The notes under the pieces were generated by a model, which did no database searches, was not told the DNA's origin, and saw only the letters and a list, made by a program, of their open reading frames with translations. A program made the position numbers and the translations under genes. Shown piece after piece: positions 25,792 through 39,472 of a stretch of DNA of 64,000 nt (positions are counted from its first letter, which is position 1; each line of letters opens with the position of its first letter). The stretch comes from Mobula hypostoma (Eukaryota), in NCBI RefSeq assembly GCF_963921235.1, contig NC_086097.1, forward strand, positions 94,800,001-94,864,000. The letters are read 5' to 3'.

Positions 25792-26464
25792 AACACAAAG
25801 AAATCTGCAGATGCTGGAAATTCAAGCAACACACACAAAATGCTGGTGGAACACAGCAGGCCAGGCAGCATGGGGCTTGGAATTAAAATATGTGGCCATT
25901 GGGAGATCCTGCTTTCTCTGGCCAATTCCCATTCTGATATGTCTATCCTTGGCCTCCTCTACTGTCAAGATGAAGCCACACTCAGATTGGAGGAACAACA
26001 CCTTATATTCCGTCTGGGTAGCCTCCAACCTGATGGCATGAACATTGACTTCTCTAACTTCCGTTAATGCACCTCCTCCCATTCTCACCCCATCCCTTAT
26101 TTATTTATTATTTTTTCCCTTTTTTCTCTCTCTGTCCCTCTCACAATTACTCCTTGCCTGCTCTCCATCTTCCTCTGGCACTCCCCTCCCCCTTTCTTTC
26201 TCCCTAGGCCTCCCATCCCATGATCCTCTCCCTTCTCCAGCCTTGTATCCCTTTTGCCAATCAACTTTCCAGCTCCTAGCTCTATCCCTCCCCCTCCTGT
26301 CTTCTATCATTTCGGATCTCCCCCTCCACCTCCACCTCCCCCTCCCACTTCCAAATCTCTTCTTTCAGTTAGTCCTGAAAAAGGATCTCAGCCTGAAACG
26401 TCGACTGTGCTTCTTCCTATGGATGCTGCCTGGCCTGCTGCGTTCCACCAGCATTTTGTGCGTA
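25792..26464 (+). mobile_element. Penelope-like element with inverted head, TSD-flanked
   Basis: Direct repeat tcatttga(c/a)tagca at 25778-25791 and 26465-26478; inverted terminal-repeat segment at the 5' end; EN C-terminus DEATLRLEEQHLIFRLGSLQPDGMNIDFSNFR. Confidence 0.9.
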
Positions 26465-26834
26465 TCATTTGAATAGCACAAGTCTTCAGAACTCGGCCAA
26501 ATATTCTGTCTGAGCTGGGTATTTTCCATGGGTTTACCCTCCTGAAGGATTCTTTTACATTGGCCTTAGACACTGAAATCACAAAGTCGACAGGACTATG
26601 AGAGTTTGCGAAGGTTCCTCCATGTTTTGTTGGCCAAAACGAGCATAAAAGGCATCTGTGAGCAAAATCTTGTTGTCACCTATACAGTATCACTTGGTTT
26701 TACTTTGTAGGAGGTGATGGAATTCAAATTCTGCTACAGCTGTCAAGCATCCTTCTTTGATTCAAGTTTGGTCCAGAAATGCCACTTTGATTGTGAGATG
26801 GCTTTCAGGAGAACTGCCTGGACTTCTTGTACAA

Positions 26835-27500
26835 ACAAGAGAAACTCTGCGGATGCTGGAAATCCGAGCAACACACACAAAATGCTGGAGGGGCTCAGTT
26901 GGCCAGGCAGCATCTGTGGAAAATAGTACAGTCAACGTTTCGGGCCAAAACCCTTCAGCAGAACTGGAGAAAAAACATGAGGTCAGAGTTAGAAGGTAGG
27001 GGGCGGCAAGAAAGAAATGCAAGGTAGTAAGTGATAGGTGAAACCGGGAGGGGTGAAGTAAAGAACTGGTAAGTCAATTGGTGAAAGAGGTACAGGGCTG
27101 GAGAAGGGGAGTCTGATGGGAGGGGACAGAAGGTCATGGAAGAAAGGGAAGGGGAGGAGCACCACAGCGAGGTGATGGGCAGGTAAGGAAATAAGGTGAG
27201 AGAGGGAAATGGTGAAGAGTGGGAGGACATTACCAGAAGTTCAAGAAATCGAAGTTCATACCATCAGGTTGGAGGCTACCCAGACGGAATATAAGGTATT
27301 GCTCCATCTACTAGAGAGTGGTCTCATTGTGGCAGTAGAGGAGGCTACCGACTGACATGTCAGAATGGGAATGAGAAGTAGAATTAAAATGGGTGGCCAC
27401 TGGAAGATCCCACTGCTTCTGGAGAACGGAGTGTAGGTGCTCGGCGAAGCGGTCTCCTAATCTATAATGGGTCTCACTGATGTTTGGGAGGCCACACCTG
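26835..27500 (-). mobile_element. Penelope-like element 3' fragment
   Basis: RCGLPNISETHYRLGDRFAEHLHSV...ATHFNSTSH; terminal repeat with a hammerhead-like motif at about 26929-26965. Confidence 0.88.
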
Positions 27501-28358
27501 GACTTCTTGTATTTTACTTTCCTGTCAGATGTGAAAGGCACTGATCTGGCCTTCAGCAGATTGCAGATGTCTTGCTTCTTCCAGGACTTCTGGTTGGAGA
27601 AGACTGAGTGACTTTGTGGGGACACTCATCCACAAAGTGTCTTTATAAGGTCCATGACAACTGTGGCGTATTCATTCGGGTCCTTTAGAATGGCCCAGTC
27701 CACCAACTTGAAGCAGACCTGTAGCTGCCCCTTTGCCTCTCGCGACCACATCCCTGTTGTCCTTCCCTCTGGAGCTTTGCCTGTATGCAGGTAGGAGTAC
27801 AGCAAGATGATTAGATTTCCCAAAACGTGGTCTATGCATATGGCATGCTTGCACTCATTGGGCAGAGCACTGAGTATAAGAGCAAGGAGTTCACATCAGA
27901 GCAAGATAAAACTTTGGTTCAGCCAGACTTGGAGTGTTATGTACTATTCTGGTTGCCCCATTCAAGGAGGATGTGGGGGCTTTGAAAACAGTTCAGAAGA
28001 GGTTTACCACAATGCTGCCTGAATTAGAAGGCATGTGATTAGAGGTTGAACAAGCTTTAATTGCTTTTTCTGGACCGTCGGATGCTGTGGGAGACCTGAT
28101 AGAATTTATAAGATCATGAGAGACACTGATAGGGTAGACAACCAAAGGTTCTTTTCCCCTGGGTAGAAATGCTGAATTCTTGAGGGTATAGCTTTAAGGT
28201 GATAGAAGGTAAGTTTAAAGGGGATGTGGGAGGCCAAGGTTGTCATGGGGATAAGATGTTGAAGTCATCTTGTAGATGGGTTAATGAGGACCAATATTCC
28301 CTCTGCACATTGAGGCTAATAATTTGTGATGCAATTACAAAGCCACTACCCTCCCCCA

Positions 28359-30574
28359 CCTGGGACAGTCTGACCAGTTTTCATTGTTTCTACTTCCCAA
28401 GTATAGCCCCGTCATTAAACGTGTGAAACCCACAATGAAGACTATTAAGATCTGGCTGGAGGGCGCTGACTGTGTTCTTCAGCACCAATTCCAGCACACA
28501 GACTGGAATGTGTTTGCTGCCAATGCCACCACAGACTCTCAGATTAACATTGATTTATATACCAACTCTGTCCCTGAGCACATCAACAAGTGTGTGGATA
28601 GAGTGACATCACAAAAACAAATAAAAGTTTTCCCCAGTCAGAAACTATGCATGAACAGAGAAGTTCGCCTCCTGCTCAAAGCCAGAGATTCAGCCTTCAG
28701 GTCTGGAGACTGGGAGGCTTACAGCTCAGCCAGGGCCAACCTGAGGAGGGGAATCTCTCAGGCTAAACACACATACAAAACAGAGAATCGAGGAGCATTT
28801 CAACTCCTCAGACCCCCCGGCACATGTGGCATGGCATACAGGTCATTACAGACTTCAAACCACCTAGTACTGTTCCCCCTTCCAGCTCTGCTTCCCTCCC
28901 TGATGAGCTCAATTACTTCCATGCTCGCTTTGACCGAGGGAACAAGGAGGTCACCCTCAAAGTGGATCTCCCACCTGGTGAGCTGCCTCTCTCTCTTTCC
29001 ACCTCCGATGTTTACACCACCCTGAGCAGGGTGAATGTACGGAAGGCAGCTGGTCCCGGATGGAACACCTGGCCGTGTGCTCAGAGTCTGTGAGGACAGT
29101 TGGCCAGGATCTTCACGAACATTTTTAATCTGTCCCTGGCCCAGGCAGTTGTCCCCACAAGCTTCAAGATCGCCACTGTCGTGCCAGTGCTGAAACATTC
29201 CACTGCCACTGGCCTGAATGACTTCTGCCCAGTTGCACCCACCCCCATCATTGCAAAGTGCTTTGAGAGACTGGTTCTACCATATCTGAAATCCTGTCTG
29301 CCCACTACCCTGGACCCCCATCAATTTGCCTATCACACCAACAGGTCAACAGAGGACGCCATCTCCACAGCACTTCACTCTGCCCTGACCCACCTGGACA
29401 GCCCCAACTCTTACATCAGAATGCTGTTCATTGACCTTAGTTCGCCATTCAATACTGTGATCCCCTTCAAGCTGATCGCCAAACTTCGCCAGCTTGGTAT
29501 CAGCTCATCCCTCTGAAATTGGACCTTGAACTTTCTGAGGTAACAGACCCCAGTTAGTTAAGTTGGACAACCTCTCCTCCTCCACTCTCACCCTGAACAC
29601 CGACGTGCCTCAAGGCTGTGTGCTGAGCCCTCTTCTGTACTCCCTTTTCACCCATGATTGCGTTCCTATACATGGTTCTAACTCTATAATCAAGTTCGCA
29701 GACGACACCACGGTGGTTGGCCTGATCAGAGAGGATGACAAGACGGCCTACAGGGACGAGGTCCAGCACCTGACCACGTGGTGTGCCGACAACAACCTGG
29801 CCCTTAACACCCAGAAGACCAAGGAGATCATTGTGGACTTCAGGCATGCTAGGAGCCACACTCACGTCCCCATCTACATCAATGGAGCTGTAGTGGAGTG
29901 TGCAGCAAGCTTCAAATTCCTTGGTATCCACATTTCCGATGATCTCACCTGGTCCCTGAACTCCTCCATCCTGATCAAAAAGGTGCAACAGCACCTTTAT
30001 TTCCTACGGAGCATCAAGAAAGCTCACCTCTGTCCCAGGATATTGACGGACTTTTACCGCTGTACCATTGAGAGCATACTCACCAACTGCATCTCAGTGT
30101 GGTGTGGCAATTGTCCTGTATCGGACTGCAAAACACTCCAGCGTGTAGTGAAAACTGCCCAGTGGATTATCGGCACCCGATTACCCACCATTGAGAACAT
30201 CTACCATAAACGCTGCCTGGGCAGGGTGAAAAACATTATCAAGGATGCATCTCATCCTAACCATGGACTTTTTACTCTCCTCCCATCCAGTAGGCACTAC
30301 AGGAGCCTCCGCTCCTGCACCAGCAGACACAGGAAGAGCTTCTTCCCTGAGGCTGTGACCCTGCTGAACCTCACATCACAACGCTAAGCAGTATTGCACC
30401 CATATTGGATTGTCTCAGTACTTTTATATTTGTATGCTGTAACACTTACTTTTTATTCGCAGTTATTTTGCAAATAACACTATTCTTTGCATTTCTGGTC
30501 AGATGCTAATTGCATTTCATTGGCTTCATATCTGTACTCGGCACAATGACAATAAAGTTGAATCTAATCTAATC
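28359..30574 (+). mobile_element. Rex1/Babar-clade LINE, ~2.2 kb, 5'-truncated, few disablements
   Basis: ORF pieces 28384-29025, 28824-29093, 29100-29516 and 29563-30387 with DPHQFAY, VPQGCVLSPLLYSL, KFADDTTVVG, FKFLG and SHPNHGLFTLLPS; AATAAA and (aatct)n tail. Confidence 0.95.
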
Positions 30575-31709
30575 ACTTTGAAAATCTATCCAATTAACCA
30601 CACTCTGCTGCTCTACCCCCATTTACCAACTCATTTGTAAAATATAAACCTAATTCCCTTTCTGAAAGCTCCAACCACTTCCTTGGGCAATGCATCTAGA
30701 ATGCAAACGGTTCCCCCTATGCCACCCCCGAACTTCTCAACAACTCTTAAATCTAGTTACCAGCTCTGCAGGCAGAGTAAGTAGTTAACTTTGATTTACT
30801 CACTGTAATAGCCATTTTCAAAAGCTCCATCAGATTCTCCCTCAACCACAAGTGCTGTGACGATTACAATCCTGACTTTGCAAACCCCACAGAAAGCTGA
30901 AGTCCCCTATCCCTCCTGTCAACTATGTCCCTCTCTGAAGCCTCGTCACCCTTCTACCATCTATCACATGGTTTCCAAGAGCTATAAAGTCCATATTTAC
31001 CACAGCGTCCTTTACCCTGTTCTTCTGTCAATAATGCTAAGGACTCCATTTACCTTTTCTAAGTTGCCTTGCCATTCCCAAAGCCTCATCTACATGAACA
31101 CTAAACTTGCTCTCTGCCTTTCCAAATGCATCACTTGTTAACCATAACACTCAGATTTATTTACAGCCAATGCAATAACACAGAAGCAGGAAAGCTGAGA
31201 GTCCCAATCCTGCAAATACTTAGAAAACAATAATGAAATAATCAGTCCACAGAAGATTAAACCATCCGATTCAGAACACAATGTTCTGATGTAGAAAGGT
31301 TTGGGGTAAGTGGCCTTTTGAGACTTCCTGACATTATATCTGCCCAAGAGTACTTACATTGCTGAATTTAGGTCACGGGGGTAATGCATAACCAAAACCA
31401 CTGAACTGCAAACTGAGCAAATGGTTCTGCAAAAGGTTGGCAGTGCATAACTTAATCAAGTGATGTTTAGTAAGAAGCTGTCAAAGACTCAAATCAGAAA
31501 CACAGCAAATCGCAGATAGTTATTCGTATATTGGCTAGCTTTTGTATATTAATTAAGACTTTGATCATATGTAATTAGATTAGCACTGGGGCTGATGTTT
31601 TTGCATGAATATAAGAACTAAGCATGCTGAATAGCAGAGTTTCTGCAGTTAACCATATCCTCTATGAAGCCTGGTCACCCTTGTGCTGCCTGACATACTG
31701 TTTCCAAGA

Positions 31710-31970
31710 GTAGTAATGGTAGCGTATTGGTCAGCACAATGCTTTACAGTACAAGAGACCCGGGTTCAATTCCTGCCACTGCCTGTAAGGAGTTTGTACG
31801 TTCTCCCCGTGACCGTGTGCTCTGGTTTCCTCCCTGTGCCCTGGTTTCCTCCCACAGTCCAGTGACATACTGGGTAGGTTAACTGTTCATTGTAAATTGT
31901 CCTGTGATTAGGCTGGCATTGGGTGCCATGGCTCAAAGGCCCAATTCCACACTCTGTCTCAATAAATATA
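31710..31970 (+). mobile_element. tRNA-derived SINE
   Basis: A-box-like ggtagcgtattggt, B-box cgggttcaattcc, core gagtttgtacgttctccccgtgacc, and an aataaa end. Confidence 0.75.
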
Positions 31971-32236
31971 TAATGTTTTACCCATTGCCATTCATTTTAG
32001 CACTTACAGAAGATAGAACAGTACAGCACAGCACAGGCCCTTCAGCCCACAATTGTGCACTGACCTATATGACCCAGCCCATGATCAATCTAAGCCTTCA
32101 CTCCCTACACAGCCCATAACCCTCCATTTTTCTTACATCTATGTGCCAAAGAGTCTTAGATGTCCCTACTGTGTCAGCCTCTACCGCCATCGCGGTAGTG
32201 CATTCCACACACCCATCACTGTGTGTGTAAAATGCA

Positions 32237-32532
32237 TGATAAGTTCGGGGCCTAAGGTAGAAGGAGATGAGTTATACAGCTCTCATTACATGCACGCGCA
32301 GTTCAACTCGTTGAGTGATTATGCAGACCACGAACTTGTCAATCACCCCTGCTGTGGACCACTTTCTGGATGTCCAAGACGCCGACTTCTACAAGGAAGG
32401 ATCCCTATGCTCCACGACCACTGGACTAAGTGTGTAAATGTGGAGGGGACTATGTTGAAAAATAAATATGCTAGGTTTTCTAAAATTGACTCCTTCTACC
32501 TTAGGCAATGAACTTATCAATCACCCCTCATA
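32237..32532 (+). mobile_element. Mariner-family internal-deletion derivative (MITE-like)
   Basis: Inverted repeats tgataagttcggggcctaaggtagaaggag (32237-32266) and ctccttctaccttaggcaatgaacttatca (32490-32519), ending cccctcaTA. Interior encodes a mariner C-terminus FYKEGIPMLHDHWTKCVNVEGDYVEK. Confidence 0.85.
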
Positions 32533-32677
32533 GAACCTTACAGCAGATACTTCAGTCCACAATGCAGTGTCAAACTTTTAACCCGTCCTAACATCAAACT
32601 AACACCTCCCTATTACATAGTCCTCCACTTTTCTATCATCTATGTGCCTATCTAAGAGTTTTTTTCAAATATCCCTA

Positions 32678-33190
32678 CTATAGAGGGAGTACAAAGGAGG
32701 TTCACTAGATTGATTCCTGGGATGGCAGGACTTTCATATGAAGAAAGACTGGATTGACTAGGCTTATACTCGCTGGAATTTAGAAGATTGAGGGGGGATC
32801 TTATTGAAACATATAAAATCCTAAAGGGATTGGACAGGCTAGATGCAGGAAGACTGTTCCCGATGTTGGGGAAGTCCAGAAAGAGGGGTCACAGTTTGAG
32901 GATAAAGGGGAAGCCTTTTAGAACCGAGATGAGGAAAAACTTCTTCACACAGAGAGTGGTGAATCTGTGGAATTCTCTGCCACAGGAAACAGTTGAGGCC
33001 AGTTCATTGGCTATATTTAAGAGGGAGTTAGATATGGCTCTTGTGGCTAAAGGGATCAGGGGGTATGGAGGGAAGGCTGGTACAGAATTCTGAGTTGGAT
33101 GATCAGCCATGATCATACTGAATGGCGGTGCAGGTTCGAAGGGCTGAATGGCCTACTCCTGCACCTATTTTCTATGTTTCTATGTTTCTA
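32678..33190 (+). mobile_element. Young CR1 LINE 3' end inserted in an older CR1
   Basis: IEGVQRRFTRLIPG...RGDLIETYKILKGLDRL...FFTQRVVNLWNSLP; (tttctatg)n tail. Confidence 0.93.
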
Positions 33191-36010
33191 TATCTGACTC
33201 TACCACCAACCTTGGCAGGGTGTTCCATTCACCCAATATTGTGTAAAAAACATGTCTCTGACATTTCCCCCCTGCCCCTATACTTTCCACCAATCACCTT
33301 AAAGTTATCCCCTCTTGTATTAGCCATTTCCACCCTGGGAAAAAGTCTCCAGCTATCCACTTCATTTATGCCTCTTAACATCTTGAACTCCTCTAGCGAT
33401 TTACTTGTCATTCTCCTTCACTCCAAAGAGAAAAGCCCCAGACTCTGTCTTCAAGTTTGCCTTTTCAAAGTGTATCACTTCACACTTTTCTGGATTGAAC
33501 TCCGTCTGCCACTTCTCAGCCCAGCTCTGCATCCCTCAATGCCCTGTGGAAATCCACACTATCCACACTCCATCGATCTTCGTGTCATCTGCAGACTTAC
33601 TAACCCACCCGTCCGCTTCCTCATCCAATTCATTTATTAAAACCACAAAGAGTAGAAGTCCAAAAACAGGACATGTGGAACACCACTGGTCACTGACCTC
33701 CACGTAGAATACAACCTGTCTGCTGCAACTCTCTGCCTTCTGCAGGCAAGCCAGTTCTGTATCCACTTAGCCAAGTTTACCTGGATCCCAAGCCTCCTGA
33801 CTTTCTGAATGAGCTTGCCATGGGGAATCTTGTCAAACATCCTGCTAAGATCCATATACACCACATCACATCCACAGCTCTACCGTCATCAATGTGTTTT
33901 GTCTCCTCCTCCATCAGCCTTGTGAGGCACAACCTGCTCCCCACAATGCCATTCTGACTATTCTTAGTAAGACTATGCTTCTCCGAATGCTCATGAATCC
34001 ATTCCCTAAGAATCCTCTCCATTAGTTTGCCCACCACTGATTTAAGACTCACTGATCAGTAATTCCCAGTATTAGTCCTCTTACCTTTCTTAAATAATGG
34101 AATAACTTTTGCTATCCTCCAATCCTTTGGTACAACTCCTATGGCCAATGAAGATGCAATCACCTCAGAAAGCTCCTTCCTCACCTCCTATAATAACCTG
34201 TGGAATATTGCAATGAGCCCAGGGACCTATCTATCCTAATGCTTTTCGGAAGCTCCAGCAGTTTCTCAACACATTGCAGCACATTGGCCTGTTTTATGCT
34301 GACCTCACATTCAAGGTCCCTCTTCTTGGAGAACACTGAAGCAAAATTTTCATTAAGGATCTTCAATACTTCCTCGGCTTCCAGGCACATTACCCCTTTG
34401 ACCTTTAGCGGTCTCACTTTATCTTCCTCTTCTTCACTTACATGTCGGATGCCTTGGGGTTTTCCTTAATCTTACTTGCCAAGGCCTTTTCATGTGCCCT
34501 TCCAGCACTCCTAATAAACTCCTTCCTGGGTACATTATAGCCAGAATCCTGTCTGATTTTTGTTTCCTCAGCCTTAAGTACACCATAGTTCCTTCTCACA
34601 ACCATCCTTTCCCTGTCTCAGTGAGACAAATCTATCCAGTGCCTCTAAACAAACTCGACATTTCTGCTGTGCACTTCCCTAAGAACATCTATTCCCAAGT
34701 TCCTGTTTAATTTGCAGGCCCCTTTGCAGGAGGAGGAGGAGAAGATGGTGGCACGACGCAGCGTACGCGGCCTCTCCAGCGATGATATCTGTTATCTGTA
34801 GAGTAGGATGCCGTGCACAATTCTGATTTGATGGAGGCAGACGTGAGAAGCACGGAGAAACATCTGGTGAAACTTCTGAAATGCCTGTTTTGCTACCGCC
34901 GCTACTGTATAATCCAAAATCTCCGGAGGGGAAGGCCCCGAATCCTCGGCTTTGCTTGTTGCTCGGCGGCTGGGGCCGGGGTCAAAGCGCTCGGTAGAGA
35001 TGGTGCTCGGTGCTCGGTGTCGGAGGGCTGGTCGGAGGCTCGAAATTTTCGGACGGACTCAGAGTCGGTTGTGGTTGGGTGCTTCCAGGATGCTGCATTG
35101 GCAAGTTTGCGGCGCTGGAGGTTCATGGCAGGGAGAGTTTTCCTTCCTTCTATTGTCTGCGTGAGATGATGGGGCTACCGGGACTTTGAGACTTTTTTTT
35201 ACCGTGCCCATGGTCTGCTCTTATCAAATTACGGTATTGTTTTGCACTGTTGTAACTATATGTTATAATTATGTGGTTTTTGTCAGTTTTAGTCTTGGTC
35301 TGTCTTGTGTTTCTGTGATATCATACCAGAGGAACATTGTATCATTTTTTAATGCATGCATTTCTAAATGACAATAAACGAGGACTGAGTGTCCTCATAA
35401 TCTAATCTAATAATATCATCATAATTACCCCCCCCAATTAAATACTTCCTCATGTTGTCAGCTGTTATCCTTGTCCATGGTTTTGCTAAAGTTCATTCTG
35501 ACCATTATATCTAAAATACTCACCCACTGAGATCTGTCACCTGTACAGGTTCAGGTTCATTGCCATATCCAGTACAGAATTCCCTCCAGTCTGCCTGTCC
35601 ACATACACAGCTAACAAATTCAGCTCTACCTAAATCTTTTGTACTAAGGAAGTGCCAATCTGTAGTAGGAAGCTGCACTCACTCATGACAACAGCCCTGG
35701 TGGTTTTCTGCCTTTCCAAAGTCTGCTTTTGGGGGGGAGGGGTGCAATAGAATACTCCTATAAGAGTGATTGCCCCTTCTTGTTTCTGACTTCCACCCAG
35801 ACTGACTGAGTAGATAATCCCTCCATGACATCCTCCCTTTCTGCAGCCATTACATTATCCCTGATTAGCAATGCCATTTGCCCAGCTCCCCCCCCCAACC
35901 CCTTTTAATTATCTCCAAGTCCCTTTTGAAACATCTGAACCCTGGAACAACCAGCAGCCATTCCTGCCCTTGCAATAGTAAATTCTCCATAATGACCATC
36001 ATAAATCCAT
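33190..36010 (-). mobile_element. Old degraded CR1 LINE (interrupted at 34735-35412)
   Basis: SKSADDTKI, VYMDLSRMFDKIPH, SVVGKLMERILR and ILNENFASVF fragments in order. Confidence 0.85.
34735..35412 (+). mobile_element. Non-coding CpG-rich retro-element with (atcta)n tail
   Basis: Head gaagatggtggc, homology to 18495-19115, and tail aataaa...aatctaatctaa like the Rex/Babar LINE tail at 30550-30574. Confidence 0.8.
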
Positions 36011-36569
36011 GTACTTATGTTGCAAAAATCTTTCTCATAGACTGAAAACTGCTTCATCACACTCAATATAAAATAGTTCAAAATCTTTGGGCAATAAAAG
36101 TTGTTTATACAAGATATATATCTCCATAATTTTTCCTCTTCAAATTTCCAACAAATGAAATATGTTCCATATTTGTCAAGCTGACTAAAAGACTTCGATA
36201 ATCATCCCTAGAGGGACTACAGCCAATAACAAGCCAAATCCATGCACTTCCTGAGCATCGATGGCAGCCAGCCGATGTCTTGGGAATAGAGATATCCACA
36301 GCTAAGGCTGTGGAAGCTCCTAGGAGCCCAAATCTGTGGGCTGGTCCTCACAGGGGGAGCTGGTAACAGTCAAAGTGTGCAAAACAATTGGACGGCTTTC
36401 ACTTGACACTGTTCAACGCACAAAACCCATGGCTGTTTCAAATTCAGTCTTCTCATCAGAAAGAAATTTCCCCTCAAGCTAAAGAGACATTGGCATCAGT
36501 AACTGAGACAACAACAATCCAGTATGGGAAATATATCCAGTAAAAACTAAATATATATGTATATATAAT

Positions 36570-37370
36570 AGTCAGGACAGCCACTTATTGGGACAACTCT
36601 TAAAGAACAAAAACAAATCGAGAAAATAGCCAGAATTCCTTGAGTTTATTTGGGACAGAATGACACTTAATTGGGACAGGAGACTTGTCAAACAGTTTCT
36701 AACCAGTGTCAGTAACATGCACATAGTGTGGCTATTAGACACTATACTGTGCTTAGAGCGAACAGTTTTTAAATAGAGTCACTTGTGTGAGTTTGTGTTC
36801 AAAAAATAGTGACTTTTGACACTGATAGTTGGTGAGTAATAAACACTAAGACAATTCAGAACTGTCTTGCTCACTGGGGTTTCAAGGATTCAGGTTAGAG
36901 AAGCTAGAAACGGCTGTGAGTGAAAATGAAACAATTTCACTATTTCAACAAATTGAGAACTGTGAAGAATTTGAAGGTATCAACAACCATCTTGAATGCT
37001 TCAATGAAAATGAAGATTTGAGAATGCAATTTTCAAAAGCATTGCGTGAAGGCAGTCCATTGTCTGCAGAAGGTGTCTGCGCTGATTTTTTTCAGTTATA
37101 GTCAATCAAAAGAACATGGCAGCGTACAATGGATTAATTCCTCCATCAATAACTATTAGGAACTAATACACAGCTTTATAGTACTGTAGTAATTTTGGTA
37201 GTGTTCTAATTTGTTCAGTATTTCAGTTAAATATATAATTTGCTACTCAGTTAAGTAATAGTTTGTCTTTTTGAAAACCTTTCCATAAAATTTCAGCTAA
37301 TTGGGCAGCTGCATAAATGGGCCAAAATGAATTTGTCCTGACCTGTTCCAATTAATTGAAATCCACCGTA
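36570..37370. mobile_element. Probable non-autonomous pogo/Tigger-like DNA transposon
   Basis: Repeated (tta)attggg motifs at both ends, and a right terminus ccaattaattgaaatccaccgTA resembling CAGT-type TIRs. The left terminus is not intact. Confidence 0.5.
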
Positions 37371-39064
37371 TATATGTATCTTTGTGTGTAACTCATTGAT
37401 TGAAGTTCCTCGTCCTTTAGCAGTATTTCTTTTCAGATGTAATTAATTCATGGAATAGTTTCTCCCTGTGAAAACAAAGAACAGGAGCCAAGCATTTCCC
37501 AAATTGGAAGTGATCATTCCAGCTCATATCTCCAGGATATTATTAGCTGTCTTTCCTGTCACACATGCAAAAAGTGCTGGGTTGCTCGCAGGGGACAGGG
37601 TGGACCCTCCACTGGGAGGCTAGCTGCATTGATATATAATAAGCCAGTGTTGGTAGTATTTCCCATCAGCATCAGGTTTGGGAGCTGGGTTCGAATCCGA
37701 TACAGACATGAGAGACAGATGTCTGCTGAATGCAGGAGAGTTGACTGGGTTCTTACTGCGTGAGGACTCACTCACACAAAACTGGGCAGCTGTCTGCAGT
37801 TAAACTGGCATTCTTCCTCAGAAAAATCACAGGGAGAATGGCATCAGGATCACTCTTTGACATTAGGACAAAGATTTTTTTACTGGGGCAAAGGTAGAGG
37901 AAGTTTTATCTTAAAGTTAGTTGTTATAGTGTCATGGAATCAGACAGTACAGAAACAGGCCCTTCAGCCCCTCCTAGTCTGTGCTAACCATCATTTACAC
38001 TAATCACATTTTATTCTCCCCACACTCCCATTAGCTCCCTCAGATTCCACCACTCCCCTCCACACCAGAGGCAGGCGCACTGGCCAATTAACCCACCAAT
38101 AATGGATGTAAATGCCAATTTTTACAAATGCATGATATCTGGATGCATCGCAGTTTGGTATGGCAACTGCTCTGTCAAAAACCATAACAAACTATAGAGG
38201 TGTGAACACAACTCAGTCCATTATGGAAAGCAACCACCCATCCATAGTCATTTTGCACTATTTATCTACTTAAGTTATTTTTAATAAAATTATGTCTTTG
38301 CTGCTGCAGAACAAATTTAAGTCAGTGATAATACTGGTTCTGATTCATCTGCCAGCACTTGCCCCAGTCCTTTCCTCCAGTTTTTGTATTATTCCCCCCA
38401 CTTTCCAGTCAGATGAATAGTCTCAACCCAAAACATTAACTGTCCATTTCTCTCTGTCGATGCTACCTGGCCAACTGAGTTCCTCCAGCACTTCCTGCAT
38501 TGCTCCAGATTCCAGCATCTGCAGTCCCCTGGGTCTTCACCCCAAACACTTGCTGCCTCTCCACCTCTGCCTGTTTCAGGACTGTCTGCTTTGAGGCTTG
38601 CTGTTGAATTCTGTTCCTGTGAACACATTATTCCTCCATTAAAGGTACTAATTAGGCACGCAATAAGCACTAAATATGCTCAAGGGTGATACTCGTAAGT
38701 AGTGAAGAGATTCCAAGTATCGCCTCCGTGGAATCTCAGGATCTTGCCATCAACAGCTTGCACTCCTAGTGCAGTTTCAGTGTAGGTGGAAATGGAGTGA
38801 CGATTCCTCTTACACTGTCCTATCAAACTGTGTTAGATTTGCAAAACAATTCTCTTCACATCCTCAACCAACACACCCAGCGTTGTGCTGTGCAGGTTAG
38901 AAACAGAGTAAAAGGTGTGCAAGGGATTGCAGATGTTGGAATCTGGAGGAGCTCAACAGGTCAAGTAGAAGATTGTTTGTTGCTCCAGATTCCAGTTGCA
39001 TCAGGTTTCAACCTGAAGTGTTGACAATTACCTTCCGCCCACAGATGCTACTCCCTCCAAGAGG

Positions 39065-39472
39065 ACCACAACCTTGTTGTAGGGTTTGGAGGCTTGTGTG
39101 CCTCAATGACCCAGAGCATTATGTTGGCTGGAGTCAGGCCTTTCTGCTTTGCCTCTTGGTAGGGTCACTCATGCCAAACAGGTCAAAGGGCAGCGGCCAG
39201 ATTAAGAGTGAACCGGTCCTCCAGGTTCAAGGGTCACGCTCAGGGCTAACACCCTTGACTGGTCAAACAAAGTTGTTATGGAAACAGCAATGAAGAATCC
39301 TTCTACATCTGAGCGCAATGATATTCATGAGTCTCAGCCTTGGACTTGTATGGCTGACAGTAGTGAAAGCTGAGAGGAAGCTACCGGCATGATGAAGGAA
39401 GCCCTGAACCCCTCCAGAGATGGAGGCCCTTCAGTGCTGCCTTAAACACCATCGGTGTAACGGGAAGTAAGT
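39065..39472 (+). mobile_element. RTE-derived bipartite non-autonomous element
   Basis: Head (ggcttgtgtgcctcaatgaccc...ggtagggtcactcatgccaaacaggtc) resembles Expander/Rex3-type RTE 5' UTR and the head at 54920; RTE-like tail ends aagtaagt. Confidence 0.65.

Larger units (their letters stand above)
24720..27830 (-). mobile_element. Degraded Rex1/Babar-like LINE interrupted by two PLE insertions
   Basis: LSPLLYSLYTYDC...KFADDTTVIG (25192-25374), VFTEIFNLLPWQSEVPTCFK, VKESFRRVNPWK, and RPRFGKSNHLAVLLPAYRQ further 5'. Confidence 0.85.
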
